Below are positions 18,477 to 27,547 of a stretch of DNA of 44,651 nucleotides, piece after piece. The notes beneath the pieces were generated by a model. The model was not told the origin of the DNA. It ran no database searches and saw only the letters and a list, made by a program, of their open reading frames with translations. The translations under genes and the position numbers were made by a program. The DNA comes from Candidatus Zixiibacteriota bacterium (GTDB taxonomy: Bacteria; Zixibacteria; MSB-5A5; GN15; JAAZOE01): the NCBI GenBank assembly GCA_043819555.1, contig JBDREQ010000012.1:1-44651 (forward strand), written 5' to 3'. The first letter of the stretch is position 1; every line of letters starts with the position of its first letter.

Positions 18477-19331
18477 CTAACCCTGCGCGGGTTGATTATA
18501 AGTATATTTCAGGCAGAGGCTGAGATTGCGGCGTAAATCTTTTCGTTCCGTTATTACGTCCAAAAAACCATGCTCGAGGAAAAACTCGGATGATTGAAAT
18601 CCTTCCGGCAAATCCTGGCCAATAGTCTGCTGAATTACGCGCGGTCCGGCAAACCCCAGGAGAGCTTTCGGTTCAGCGATAATAATATCGCCCAATGAAG
18701 CATACGATGCCATAACGCCGGCGGTAGTGGGATTTGTCAATATCGATATAAAGGGAATTTTCTTTCTTGCCAAAAGAGCCAGAAGCGCCGAAGTTTTCGC
18801 CATTTGCATCAGAGACAGGATCCCCTCCTGCATTCGCGCCCCACCGCTGCAGGACACTATTACCAGCGGAATTTCTTTTTCTGTCGCTCGTTCAATCGTG
18901 CGGGCGATAATTTCACCCACGACCGAACCCATTGAGCCGCCCATGAAGGAAAAATCCATAATCGCGATAGAGACTTTTGTGTTGTCGATAGTCCCCAAGC
19001 CGCTGATTACGCTATCCTTAAGTCCTGTCTTCCTTTGAGAATCTTTTATCCGGTCAATATATTTTTTTGAATCTCGAAACGACAACGGATCAAGAGAAAC
19101 CAGGTTTTCATCGAATTTTTCGATCTCGCCGTTATCCAGCAAGAGATCAATAATTTTTTTGGCATTTATCTTAAAATGAAAATTACAATTGGGGCACACC
19201 CAAAGGTTTTCTTCAAGGATTTTGGAATAAATTACGTCGCCGCATCCAATGCATTTAGTCCAGAGGCCATCCGGGATTTCTTTCTTTTGTTGAGATACCA
19301 AGCCATGTTTTGATTTGCGAAACCAATCCAT
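18477..19331 (-). CDS. accD: Acetyl-CoA carboxylase carboxyltransferase beta subunit
   Basis: LWTKC-x2-C...CPNC zinc finger, FMGGSMGSVVGE, SGGARMQEG, GFAGPRVI; start at MDWFRK. Confidence 0.96.
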   Translation of the reverse strand: MDWFRKSKHGLVSQQKKEIPDGLWTKCIGCGDVIYSKILEENLWVCPNCNFHFKINAKKIIDLLLDNGEIEKFDENLVSLDPLSFRDSKKYIDRIKDSQRKTGLKDSVISGLGTIDNTKVSIAIMDFSFMGGSMGSVVGEIIARTIERATEKEIPLVIVSCSGGARMQEGILSLMQMAKTSALLALLARKKIPFISILTNPTTAGVMASYASLGDIIIAEPKALLGFAGPRVIQQTIGQDLPEGFQSSEFFLEHGFLDVITERKDLRRNLSLCLKYTYNQPAQG

Positions 19332-19354
19332 ATTAATCCCACATCCCCGACGGT

Positions 19355-19810
19355 TTAATCGGTTAAATCCCTTTTCATCACCAGGCAATCTTCGGAAGGA
19401 TTTTTATAATAATCCTTCTGGATCGCCAGGTTTTTAAATCCATACGATTCGTACAGGGTCACGGCCGCCGCATTCGACGGGCGGACTTCCAGCAAAATCT
19501 GGCTCAGTTTAATATTCTGAGCAAACTCTAAGATAAATGATAATAACTTTTTCGCAACCGATTTTCTTTGGTACTTTTTGTCAACGGCAATATTGGTCAA
19601 ATGGCCTGCCTCAATACCAATCCACAAAATCGCGTACCCGATAATCTCATTATCAATATGCGCGACAAAAGGCAAGCTAAAATCAGACTCAATATCTTCA
19701 ATAAAGGCCTGTTTGGGCCACGGATCAGAAAATAGCTCCCGCTCCAGGCGTATTATTTCCGGGATATCTTTTTGATCCATTTTTCTAATTTGAAATTCTA
19801 TTTTTTCCAA
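19355..19810 (-). CDS. rimI: Ribosomal protein S18-alanine N-acetyltransferase (GNAT)
   Basis: FSDPW, HLTNIAV, LEVRPSNAAAVTLY, YY..PSED; TTG 19810 with GGAG RBS; follows tsaB. Confidence 0.88.
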   Translation of the reverse strand: MEKIEFQIRKMDQKDIPEIIRLERELFSDPWPKQAFIEDIESDFSLPFVAHIDNEIIGYAILWIGIEAGHLTNIAVDKKYQRKSVAKKLLSFILEFAQNIKLSQILLEVRPSNAAAVTLYESYGFKNLAIQKDYYKNPSEDCLVMKRDLTD

Positions 19811-20453
19811 ATTTGATCTCCGCCTGAGAAGGCGCAATATACAGCGGCTCCAATTTAGCCAAATCATCAATCTTATCGCCCAATATTCTCTCTTCGCCCA
19901 AAATGGCCAACTCACCTCCGGATACCTGAGTCTTTTCAGAAATTATTGTCTGATCAGAATCGATCGGCCAGACAGCGGCAACCCCGATCAAACCGAGGGG
20001 CAAATTCCCGGAGGCATCCTTTAGATTATCTGCTGCGACTAGTCGCATTTTGGAAAATATATCCGACTCTCCACTTATCGGGCAATAATAAAATTCACCT
20101 TTCCGAGCCTGCTCCACGAGAACAAATTCATCAAATTCCTTAAGCACTCGGCGGGCGATCACCTCAAAAGTATAAATCCCGACAATTGGAATTCCCAATA
20201 CCCGGGTCAAACCTTTGGCGGCCGCCATCCCCACCCTCAGGCCTGTAAATGACCCTGGGCCAATGGCGACGGCAAGACCGTCAAGTGCATTAACTTCCAG
20301 TTGACCCTCCCTGAGGACAGAATCAATCAAACCCATGATACGGGAGCCATGCTCGCGCAGGGAATCAATCGATTTGTCGGAAATAATATTCCCATCACAG
20401 CAAAGCCCAATGCTAAGCCTGTCAGTGGAACTATCAATGCCGAGGATTTTCAT
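19785..20453 (-). CDS. tsaB: tRNA threonylcarbamoyladenosine biosynthesis protein TsaB
   Basis: ILGIDSS, GPGSFTGLRVG, LEPLY. Confidence 0.95.
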   Translation of the reverse strand: MKILGIDSSTDRLSIGLCCDGNIISDKSIDSLREHGSRIMGLIDSVLREGQLEVNALDGLAVAIGPGSFTGLRVGMAAAKGLTRVLGIPIVGIYTFEVIARRVLKEFDEFVLVEQARKGEFYYCPISGESDIFSKMRLVAADNLKDASGNLPLGLIGVAAVWPIDSDQTIISEKTQVSGGELAILGEERILGDKIDDLAKLEPLYIAPSQAEIKFGKNRISN

Positions 20454-20896
20454 TTCTCAATTCTCCTGAATATCAGAGAACGGCTGGTTTCATCAACGAT
20501 ATCAATTTCGACTTCAAATCGGTCATCGGGTATAAATCCAACTCCCTTTTCGGCCCACTCAATCAGTGAGATCCCTTCTCGCGCAAGGTAATCATCGCCA
20601 CCAATATCATGAAATTCAGACGCCTTTTCAAATCGATACAGATCAAAATGATAAATCGGCGTTTGCCCGTCAGGATATTCATTAACCAGTGTGAACGAAG
20701 GCGAATTAATTTTATCGGGATTAACTCCAACGGCGGCGGCAAATCCCCTAACGAATTCCGTTTTACCCGCCCCCAGCGGACCGCACAAGGCAATGACTCC
20801 GTTGGCGCCAACAATTTTATAAAATTCTGCGGCCAGCTTATCGGTTTCGATAAGGGAATGGCTGATTATTTTTGTATCGAACTCAATCAACCCCAA
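20450..20896 (-). CDS. tsaE: tRNA threonylcarbamoyladenosine biosynthesis ATPase TsaE
   Basis: GPLGAGKT, SPSFTL, HFDLYR, IEWAE. Confidence 0.95.
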   Translation of the reverse strand: MGLIEFDTKIISHSLIETDKLAAEFYKIVGANGVIALCGPLGAGKTEFVRGFAAAVGVNPDKINSPSFTLVNEYPDGQTPIYHFDLYRFEKASEFHDIGGDDYLAREGISLIEWAEKGVGFIPDDRFEVEIDIVDETSRSLIFRRIEK

Positions 20897-20897
20897 C

Positions 20898-22460
20898 TCA
20901 TCCTTTGGGTCTCAAAATAGACACCGGAAGAATAATCTCATCCATTGTGATTCCACCATGTTGGAAGCTGTTTTGGAAATGTTTTTGGTACTCATTGTAC
21001 CTATTGGGATAGACAAAATAAAAATCTTCCCGCGTAATAATATAAGTCGTCGCCAGAGTAAATGAAGGCAAATGGTAACGGCTGGGATTTTTTATCAACA
21101 GCGCTTCTTTGGAGTTGCAATTCAGATTATCGCCGTATTTGTACCGCAAGTTTGTCGATGTGTCCTTCTTACCGTGGGCGATTGTGCCTCGCGAGCACAA
21201 GGTTGAGCCGTGATCCGAAGTAATTATTACAGTGACGTTTTTTCTCGCGAGCATTTTTAGAGTTTCAAAAAGAGTCGAATGCTCAAACCATGTTGTCATA
21301 AGAGATCTGAAGGCCGCCTCATCCGGCACGATTTCCTTGAGAAGAACATTGCTGGATCGTCCATGGGTCAGAACATCAACAAAATTCACAACCAGTGCGA
21401 CCATTTGCGACGCCAGACAACTTTCGACTCTTTTGGCCAATCCCTCGCCTTCAAAAGCATTTAAAACCTTAATGTACCTGGAACCGTTTCGAACATTAAT
21501 GTTCTTTTCTTTTAATTGATTTTCGAGTAATTCGCCTTCCCGTTGATTTCGAGAAACTTCATCATCGGGATAAGCTTTCCAGTCATTGGGATACATTTTG
21601 GCCACATCACTGGGAAACTTGCCCGAAAAAATCGCGTTGCGAGAGAACGGTGTCGCCGAAGGTATAATTGAAAAATAATGTTTATGCTCGATATGATACA
21701 AATCCGCCAAAAGCTGTTCGAGCTTCAGCCATAAATCCATACGCATGCAATCGATAACAATAAAGACTACCTGTTCGCCATTCTTCAAACTGGGAATAAC
21801 ATTTTCCTCGACAACATCCGGAGATAAGGGCGGGTGATTTTTACTATTGACCCAGTTTTCGTAATTCTTTTCATAATACCGAGCGAATTGATTGTTCCAC
21901 TCTTTGTAGGTGCCTTTTTGAATTTCGGACAGGCCCTCGTCGGGATATTTATCCAGTTCCAAAAACCAATCGCAAAGTGTTTTATATGCTTCGGCCCAAT
22001 CCGACCATTGGGGATTCCCGGACAGGTTCATACTAATGCGGTTAATATCGGCAATGTATCGCTGGCCCAGTTTCCCGGTAACGATTTTTTTGCTCTGAAC
22101 ATGTTTTTTAATTACCATTAAAACCTGTGAAGGATTAACCGGCTTTGTTAAATAGTCATCGATCTTTTGCCCCAAGGCTTCTTCCATCAAGGATTCTTCT
22201 TCCGATTTGGTGACCATCACTACGGGCAAATGCGGACGAAAATCCTTTATTTCCACCAAAGTCTGAAGGCCATCCTTTCCCGGCATCATCTCATCAAGGA
22301 GAACCAGGTCATATTCAACCTTGGAAATTGCTTCAATAGCGTCATCTCCCGATGAACAGGGCGTCACTTCAAATCCGCGCTGCGTCAGAAATGTGATATG
22401 AGCTTCGAGCATGTCAATTTCATCATCGACCCATAAAATCTTATTGCTTGGCGCTGCCAT
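20898..22460 (-). CDS. PorX-like response regulator with C-terminal PglZ (alkaline phosphatase superfamily) domain
   Basis: ILWVDDE/LLDEMMPG receiver, VMVTKSEEE, IDCMR, PSATPFSRNAIF, ITSDHG, FQHGG; directly upstream of tsaE as in Bacteroidota. Confidence 0.9.
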   Translation of the reverse strand: MAAPSNKILWVDDEIDMLEAHITFLTQRGFEVTPCSSGDDAIEAISKVEYDLVLLDEMMPGKDGLQTLVEIKDFRPHLPVVMVTKSEEESLMEEALGQKIDDYLTKPVNPSQVLMVIKKHVQSKKIVTGKLGQRYIADINRISMNLSGNPQWSDWAEAYKTLCDWFLELDKYPDEGLSEIQKGTYKEWNNQFARYYEKNYENWVNSKNHPPLSPDVVEENVIPSLKNGEQVVFIVIDCMRMDLWLKLEQLLADLYHIEHKHYFSIIPSATPFSRNAIFSGKFPSDVAKMYPNDWKAYPDDEVSRNQREGELLENQLKEKNINVRNGSRYIKVLNAFEGEGLAKRVESCLASQMVALVVNFVDVLTHGRSSNVLLKEIVPDEAAFRSLMTTWFEHSTLFETLKMLARKNVTVIITSDHGSTLCSRGTIAHGKKDTSTNLRYKYGDNLNCNSKEALLIKNPSRYHLPSFTLATTYIITREDFYFVYPNRYNEYQKHFQNSFQHGGITMDEIILPVSILRPKG

Positions 22461-22489
22461 CCTTATCTTTCCAATCAGGGTTATAAAAA

Positions 22490-23710
22490 TCAGGATATCG
22501 GTAATTTAATTTCAAATATGGCTCCCTTGCCGGAATCGTTTTTTACCAGGGCTATACTGCCGCGATGGTATTCCTCAATTATTCTCCTTGACAGCGACAA
22601 ACCCAATCCCCAACCCCGCTTTTTGGTAGTAAACCCGGGGCGAAAAATACGTCTGGCGTCGCCCCGGTTAATCCCCCGTCCATTATCTGAGACAACGATA
22701 CAAATCTGTTTACCTGATGGCGCTCGAGAAGTTTCCACATAAATTTTCCCTGTTTGAGCATCCACCGATTCCAGAGAGTTTTTAATAAGGTTTTCAATAA
22801 CCCAGTTATATAACTCTTTATTGACCTTAACTTCGGGAATTTCTCCCCGCGAAAAATCTATTGTTACACCTTTACCGCTGTGAGGCAGCCTTTCCCTGTA
22901 ATACTCTAATACGTCGCCAGTCAGGTCATTGATATTGGCTTTATTCAGAACCGGTTGCGACCCAATTTTGCCGAATCGATTAGCGATGGTTTCGAGCCGT
23001 TTCAAATCAGCCCCAATCCGCCTGTATATTTCTTCATCAGTAAACCTTGAATCACCCGATTTCATCAAATCGATCCAGCCCATCATTGATGTAATTGGCG
23101 TCCCCAATTGATGCGCCGTTTCTTTGGCCATCCCAACCCAGATGCTTCTCTGTTCCGATAATCGAATTTGTTGAAATCCCATTAAGGCCAGAAATACAAA
23201 AGCGACTACCATCGCCATCTCAACGATTGGAATCAAGCGAAGTTTGCCGACCAGTGGCGGATCATCATAAAACAACTTGGAAATCGGCAATGAATCGACA
23301 TAAATTACTATTCCGCCTTTGCGGATTTTCATATCGATCATTTTTTCACGAATTTTATCCATGACCTGAGGTTCTTCGCTGGTTTCCGGCACTCCGGGGA
23401 CAGCTTTCCAGAAAAGCGGATTTTCCAGAGTGTCGGTGACAATAATAGGAAAATTTGATTTCAGGATTATCTCGTCAAATAATACCGAAGTCACCTGTCC
23501 GCTGACCGAATCGGACGCGACCAGCTGCATAATTTGAGTGTAAGTCTCAACCGTCTGGGCTTCGTTTCTTCGAATATCCTGAATGATATCGTTAGTGTAA
23601 TAAACAAAAACCGCCCCGATGGCGCAGACGCCAAATAGTATAAAACCCTTAAAAAAGGCGTTAAACCGCCCTATGGCAAGAAGCGAATATTTCGGTCGAT
23701 TGGCAGGCAT
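22490..23710 (-). CDS. Membrane-bound sensor histidine kinase
   Basis: Two TM segments flanking an extracytoplasmic domain; WVGMAKETAHQLGTP H-box, ENLIKNS, DNGRGI, FTTKKRGWGLGL. Confidence 0.92.
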   Translation of the reverse strand: MPANRPKYSLLAIGRFNAFFKGFILFGVCAIGAVFVYYTNDIIQDIRRNEAQTVETYTQIMQLVASDSVSGQVTSVLFDEIILKSNFPIIVTDTLENPLFWKAVPGVPETSEEPQVMDKIREKMIDMKIRKGGIVIYVDSLPISKLFYDDPPLVGKLRLIPIVEMAMVVAFVFLALMGFQQIRLSEQRSIWVGMAKETAHQLGTPITSMMGWIDLMKSGDSRFTDEEIYRRIGADLKRLETIANRFGKIGSQPVLNKANINDLTGDVLEYYRERLPHSGKGVTIDFSRGEIPEVKVNKELYNWVIENLIKNSLESVDAQTGKIYVETSRAPSGKQICIVVSDNGRGINRGDARRIFRPGFTTKKRGWGLGLSLSRRIIEEYHRGSIALVKNDSGKGAIFEIKLPIS

Positions 23711-23716
23711 AATTAG

Positions 23717-24985
23717 TTAAGCAATTTTTTCCAATCCATTCATCAATGGTCTAATAACTTCGGGAATAATAACCTGGCCGTTTTCGGTTTGGTTATTTTC
23801 CAAAAGAGCAATCATGAGCCGGGGTAATGCGGTCCCGGAACCGTTGAGAGTATGCACAAATCTAACCTTGTTGTTTTCGTCACGATAGCGGCAATTCATT
23901 CGTCGAGCCTGAAAATCAGTGAAATTCGAAACCGATGAGACTTCAAGATAATTCTCTACTCCGGCCGACCAGATTTCAATATCATAACATTTAGCGGCGG
24001 CGAATGATAGGTCTCCGGTTGCCAAAATGCGTACCCGATAAGGAACATTTAAAAGTTGCAGGATGGATTCAACCTGTTCCAGAAGTTTTTCGTGCTCGTC
24101 ATGGGACGATTCCGGTTTGACTATTTTTACCAGCTCAACTTTATTGAATTGATGGACTCTTAAAATTCCTCGAGTGTCCTTACCAGCGGCTCCCGCTTCG
24201 CGGCGAAAACAGGGTGTGCTGGCAACGTAGTAAATCGGCAAATCTGATTCTTTCAATATTTCTTCGCGATGAAGATTAGTCACAGGTACTTCAGCAGTGG
24301 GGATCAAATACAAGTCTTCGTTTTCGATGCGATACATATCATCAGCCAATTTGGGTAATTGGCCCGTACCCTGCATTGAATCGCCGCGTACCAAAAACGG
24401 CGGCATTACTTCAATAAAGTCGTATTTTCGAGTGTGATAATCGAGCATGAATGATATTAACGCCCGTTCCAGCCGAGCACCTAATCCCTTCAATGCATAA
24501 AAGCCGGAACCGCTAATTTTAGCGCCTCCCGACAAATCAATAATACCGAGTTTGTCCGCCAATTCCCAATGAGGTGCGGGAGTAAAATCAAATTTTGGCT
24601 TATCGCCCCATTCGCGAATAGTAACGTTATGTTCTTCATCCGGACCAACAGGGACTTCTTTGTCGGGAATATTGGGAACTTTGAGCATGGCCGCTTGAAG
24701 CCTTTCCTCCACTTTGCGAACCTCTCCATTCATCTCTCCCACTCGAGCGGATACTTCTTTCATCTCGGCAATAACGGCAGAAGCGTCCTCTCCCGATTTT
24801 TTCAAACGGGCTATTTCCTGAGATGCTTGATTTTGTTTTGCCCGCAAAGATTCGGCTTCGGTCAATAATATTTTTCGCTGATTATCGAGATTCACAATCT
24901 CATCAATATCGGCCTTATCATTTTTGTCAGCGCACGCTTTTTTAATAAGTTCCGGATTTTCCCGAATTAATTTAAGATCAAGCAT
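23717..24985 (-). CDS. serS: Serine--tRNA ligase
   Basis: MLDLKLIRENP, LIPTAEVP, FRREAG, HQFNKVE, HTLNGSG. Confidence 0.97.
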   Translation of the reverse strand: MLDLKLIRENPELIKKACADKNDKADIDEIVNLDNQRKILLTEAESLRAKQNQASQEIARLKKSGEDASAVIAEMKEVSARVGEMNGEVRKVEERLQAAMLKVPNIPDKEVPVGPDEEHNVTIREWGDKPKFDFTPAPHWELADKLGIIDLSGGAKISGSGFYALKGLGARLERALISFMLDYHTRKYDFIEVMPPFLVRGDSMQGTGQLPKLADDMYRIENEDLYLIPTAEVPVTNLHREEILKESDLPIYYVASTPCFRREAGAAGKDTRGILRVHQFNKVELVKIVKPESSHDEHEKLLEQVESILQLLNVPYRVRILATGDLSFAAAKCYDIEIWSAGVENYLEVSSVSNFTDFQARRMNCRYRDENNKVRFVHTLNGSGTALPRLMIALLENNQTENGQVIIPEVIRPLMNGLEKIA

Positions 24986-25022
24986 TTTTCCTTCCAGTAT
25001 TTACGCGGATTACAAGATAATT

Positions 25023-25051
25023 AATGTAGATAAATCCAAAGTCAAGGTCAA
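25023..25051 (-). promoter_or_regulatory. Candidate sigma70 promoter of serS run
   Basis: Minus strand TTGACC-17 nt-TACATT about 40 nt upstream of serS ATG. Confidence 0.45.
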
Positions 25052-25088
25052 TAAAGGAAATCCCTATCGTCCCGTTCCGGAAAACCCG

Positions 25089-26894
25089 TTACGCCTCTTG
25101 AAGGGTTTTCAAATTCGAGTACCGTTTTTCGGAATAATGCCCGAATTTGTTACTATGATACGCTTTGATGATTTCCTGTATTCCATCGGGGACACTCACC
25201 CCGGCCCGCCAGTTCAAAGCCTTCTCGATTTTATCAAAACTGACCCTGTAATCACGGCGGTCTATCTCCGCGTCAACAGTTTTGATAATCGTATCCGGCA
25301 AAGCATCTTTGACCATTTCGCCTATCCGGGCAATTCGATAATTTTCTTTTTCCGAACCGAGGTTATATACTTGCCGATCGATAATTTCATCCGGCGCTTC
25401 CATCCCGGCGACGAATCCCCCGACAACGTCCCGAACGTGAATATTGGGACGCCATTGCGATCCACCAAAAATTGATATCTCGCCTTCTTGTAAAGCGCGA
25501 GCCGTTAGAATATTTACGACCAGATCAAAACGGGGTCGGTACGAAAAACCAAATACTGTCGCGAGGCGGAACATGGTCACGGCCAAAGGCGACTCAGCTT
25601 GATTCAATATTGCTTCCTCGGACCGGAGACGCGTTTCGGCATACAGGGAAACCGGATTGAGTGGTGATTCTTCAGTAAGCAGTTCATCATTTTCGCTTGC
25701 ACCGTAAACAGAGCAACTTGAGGCGAAGAGAAGTCGTTTGACTTTTTTATGCAAACAAGTATCAACCAGAATCTTAGAGGATTCATAATTAATATCGATA
25801 GTGGCCCGGGGATCAAGGGCGCAGGCCGGGTCGCCAACAATTGCCGCCAAATGAATGACACAGTCGACATCATCCGTAGCGGTTAGCAGGTCCTGAATAT
25901 TCCTCGCGTCGCCTTTATAAAATCGGTAAGCGGGATGATTATCCAAATCTTTTAATGCGTCATAACCAAACATCAGATTATCCAGCACGGCCACCCGATA
26001 GCCTCTTTTAAGCAAATGGCGTGTCATAATCGAACCGATATATCCCGCGCCGCCGATTATAAGAACCTGGCCTGTTCCTCGCGATTGTATCAGGTCCTGA
26101 TATTTGGCGTCGAGATTGGAAAGTAAGACAACTCGCGATGGTTTGCCTTCTCCGCTTAGTAACGGCAAAAACCTGAGATTACGCTCCAGCATGATCTGCC
26201 GCATCCGACCGGCGGATATATTTTCTCTTGCGACAGGATAAGACTGGTTCAGAACATCCTTTATTTTCAGTTCTGAACCACTTTGCATTGTGGCTTCAAT
26301 GATATCGCCGTCGTTTATAACGCCCTTGAAATATCCGCTTTCATCAGTAATCACGGCAAAATCAAAGGGAGAACCATTTAAACGATTTTTTATTTCGTTG
26401 ACGGAAACAGTATTCTTAAGGACCAAGGGCTTTACATTTCCGTTCTGTTGAGAAGTACCCTGCTTAAAAATAACCGGTTCTTTTAGAGAAAAATCAGGCC
26501 TGCCTCCGAACCATAAGTAGGTTATGATTCGGGAAAGAGCCGTTGCCACCAATAGACCGACTAACAAAATCAAGAGATGGCCACGCTCAAATTCAGGCAT
26601 CGCGCCCAAATCTACACTGATAATTACTAATAATAAGAATCCGAGCGTGACAACATTGAAGGCGCTGGTGAATTGACGGAGGAAACGGTCTTTTTTCTTA
26701 AAACGATATTGTTTGAATAATGCCAAAAGCCCAACCATTACCAAGGCGGTAAAAGTTGGCAAGAGGAATTGAATGGCTCCTTCTCCAAAGATTTCACTTA
26801 TAGAGGGCCTTAATAATATCTGAATCCAGACAACGATATTGAATAAAATAAAATCAAACGCCGCCTGTAAATATGAATACGCTCGCTTTTGCAT
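25089..26894 (-). CDS. Membrane-anchored CBS-domain / NAD-dependent epimerase-dehydratase (extended SDR) fusion
   Basis: Four N-terminal TM segments, CBS-like pair (GVINDGDI...LRFLPLL), IGGAGYIGS, HLAAIVGDPAC, FASSCSVYG, YAETR. Confidence 0.85.
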   Translation of the reverse strand: MQKRAYSYLQAAFDFILFNIVVWIQILLRPSISEIFGEGAIQFLLPTFTALVMVGLLALFKQYRFKKKDRFLRQFTSAFNVVTLGFLLLVIISVDLGAMPEFERGHLLILLVGLLVATALSRIITYLWFGGRPDFSLKEPVIFKQGTSQQNGNVKPLVLKNTVSVNEIKNRLNGSPFDFAVITDESGYFKGVINDGDIIEATMQSGSELKIKDVLNQSYPVARENISAGRMRQIMLERNLRFLPLLSGEGKPSRVVLLSNLDAKYQDLIQSRGTGQVLIIGGAGYIGSIMTRHLLKRGYRVAVLDNLMFGYDALKDLDNHPAYRFYKGDARNIQDLLTATDDVDCVIHLAAIVGDPACALDPRATIDINYESSKILVDTCLHKKVKRLLFASSCSVYGASENDELLTEESPLNPVSLYAETRLRSEEAILNQAESPLAVTMFRLATVFGFSYRPRFDLVVNILTARALQEGEISIFGGSQWRPNIHVRDVVGGFVAGMEAPDEIIDRQVYNLGSEKENYRIARIGEMVKDALPDTIIKTVDAEIDRRDYRVSFDKIEKALNWRAGVSVPDGIQEIIKAYHSNKFGHYSEKRYSNLKTLQEA

Positions 26895-26953
26895 ATTTGT
26901 TCAATCCCAATAAAGCATGATAATATACATAAAATATTAGGGCTGGCAAGGGG

Positions 26954-27547
26954 CTATTGGCGGGAAAATATTGCGGTGATAGTCTTAAATATTAAAGAAA
27001 GATCCGTTGTGAAATTGGCGCCCCTTAAATATTCCAGATTCAATTCCAGTTTTGAAGGCATTATCTCTTCAATATACGCTTTTTCGCTGTCTTCGTATTC
27101 AGCCAGAATTTTCTCTTCATTTCGATAAGCGATTGAGGCCGGATCGGTCAATCCCGGGCGAACGGACAAAACTTGTTTTTGCCTTTCGGTATATAAGGCG
27201 ACAAACCGCGGGACTTCCGGCCGCGGACCGACCAATGACATGTTTCCCATTAAGACATTTATAAGTTGCGGCAGTTCATCGAGCTTGGAGTTTCTAAGGA
27301 ATCGCCCAAGAGATGTAATCCGAGAATCTCCGCCAGTTGTAAATTCGGGGCCCTGTTTATCAGCGTTTTTGATCATGCTGCGAAACTTGATAATCCTGAA
27401 ATTCTGTCCGTTTTTTCCGACCCTTACTTGCCGGTAAAAAATTGGCCACCCCATAAACAATAGGATAGCCAGGCCGATTACAATCAGGAATGGAAACAGT
27501 AATAGCAATCCCATTAACGATACGATAAGATCAAATAACCGTTTCAT
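26954..27547 (-). CDS. Phosphoglycosyl transferase (PglC-like monotopic sugar transferase)
   Basis: KRLFD, KFRSM, LDELPQLINVL.GNMSLVGPRPE, PGLT; ATG overlaps upstream stop (ATGA). Confidence 0.92.
   Translation of the reverse strand: MKRLFDLIVSLMGLLLLFPFLIVIGLAILLFMGWPIFYRQVRVGKNGQNFRIIKFRSMIKNADKQGPEFTTGGDSRITSLGRFLRNSKLDELPQLINVLMGNMSLVGPRPEVPRFVALYTERQKQVLSVRPGLTDPASIAYRNEEKILAEYEDSEKAYIEEIMPSKLELNLEYLRGANFTTDLSLIFKTITAIFSRQ

Noticed and set aside
20898..22460. BREX defence system suggested by the PglZ domain
   Set aside because: PglZ is fused to a receiver domain (PorX type) and no brxC/pglX/brxL genes are present
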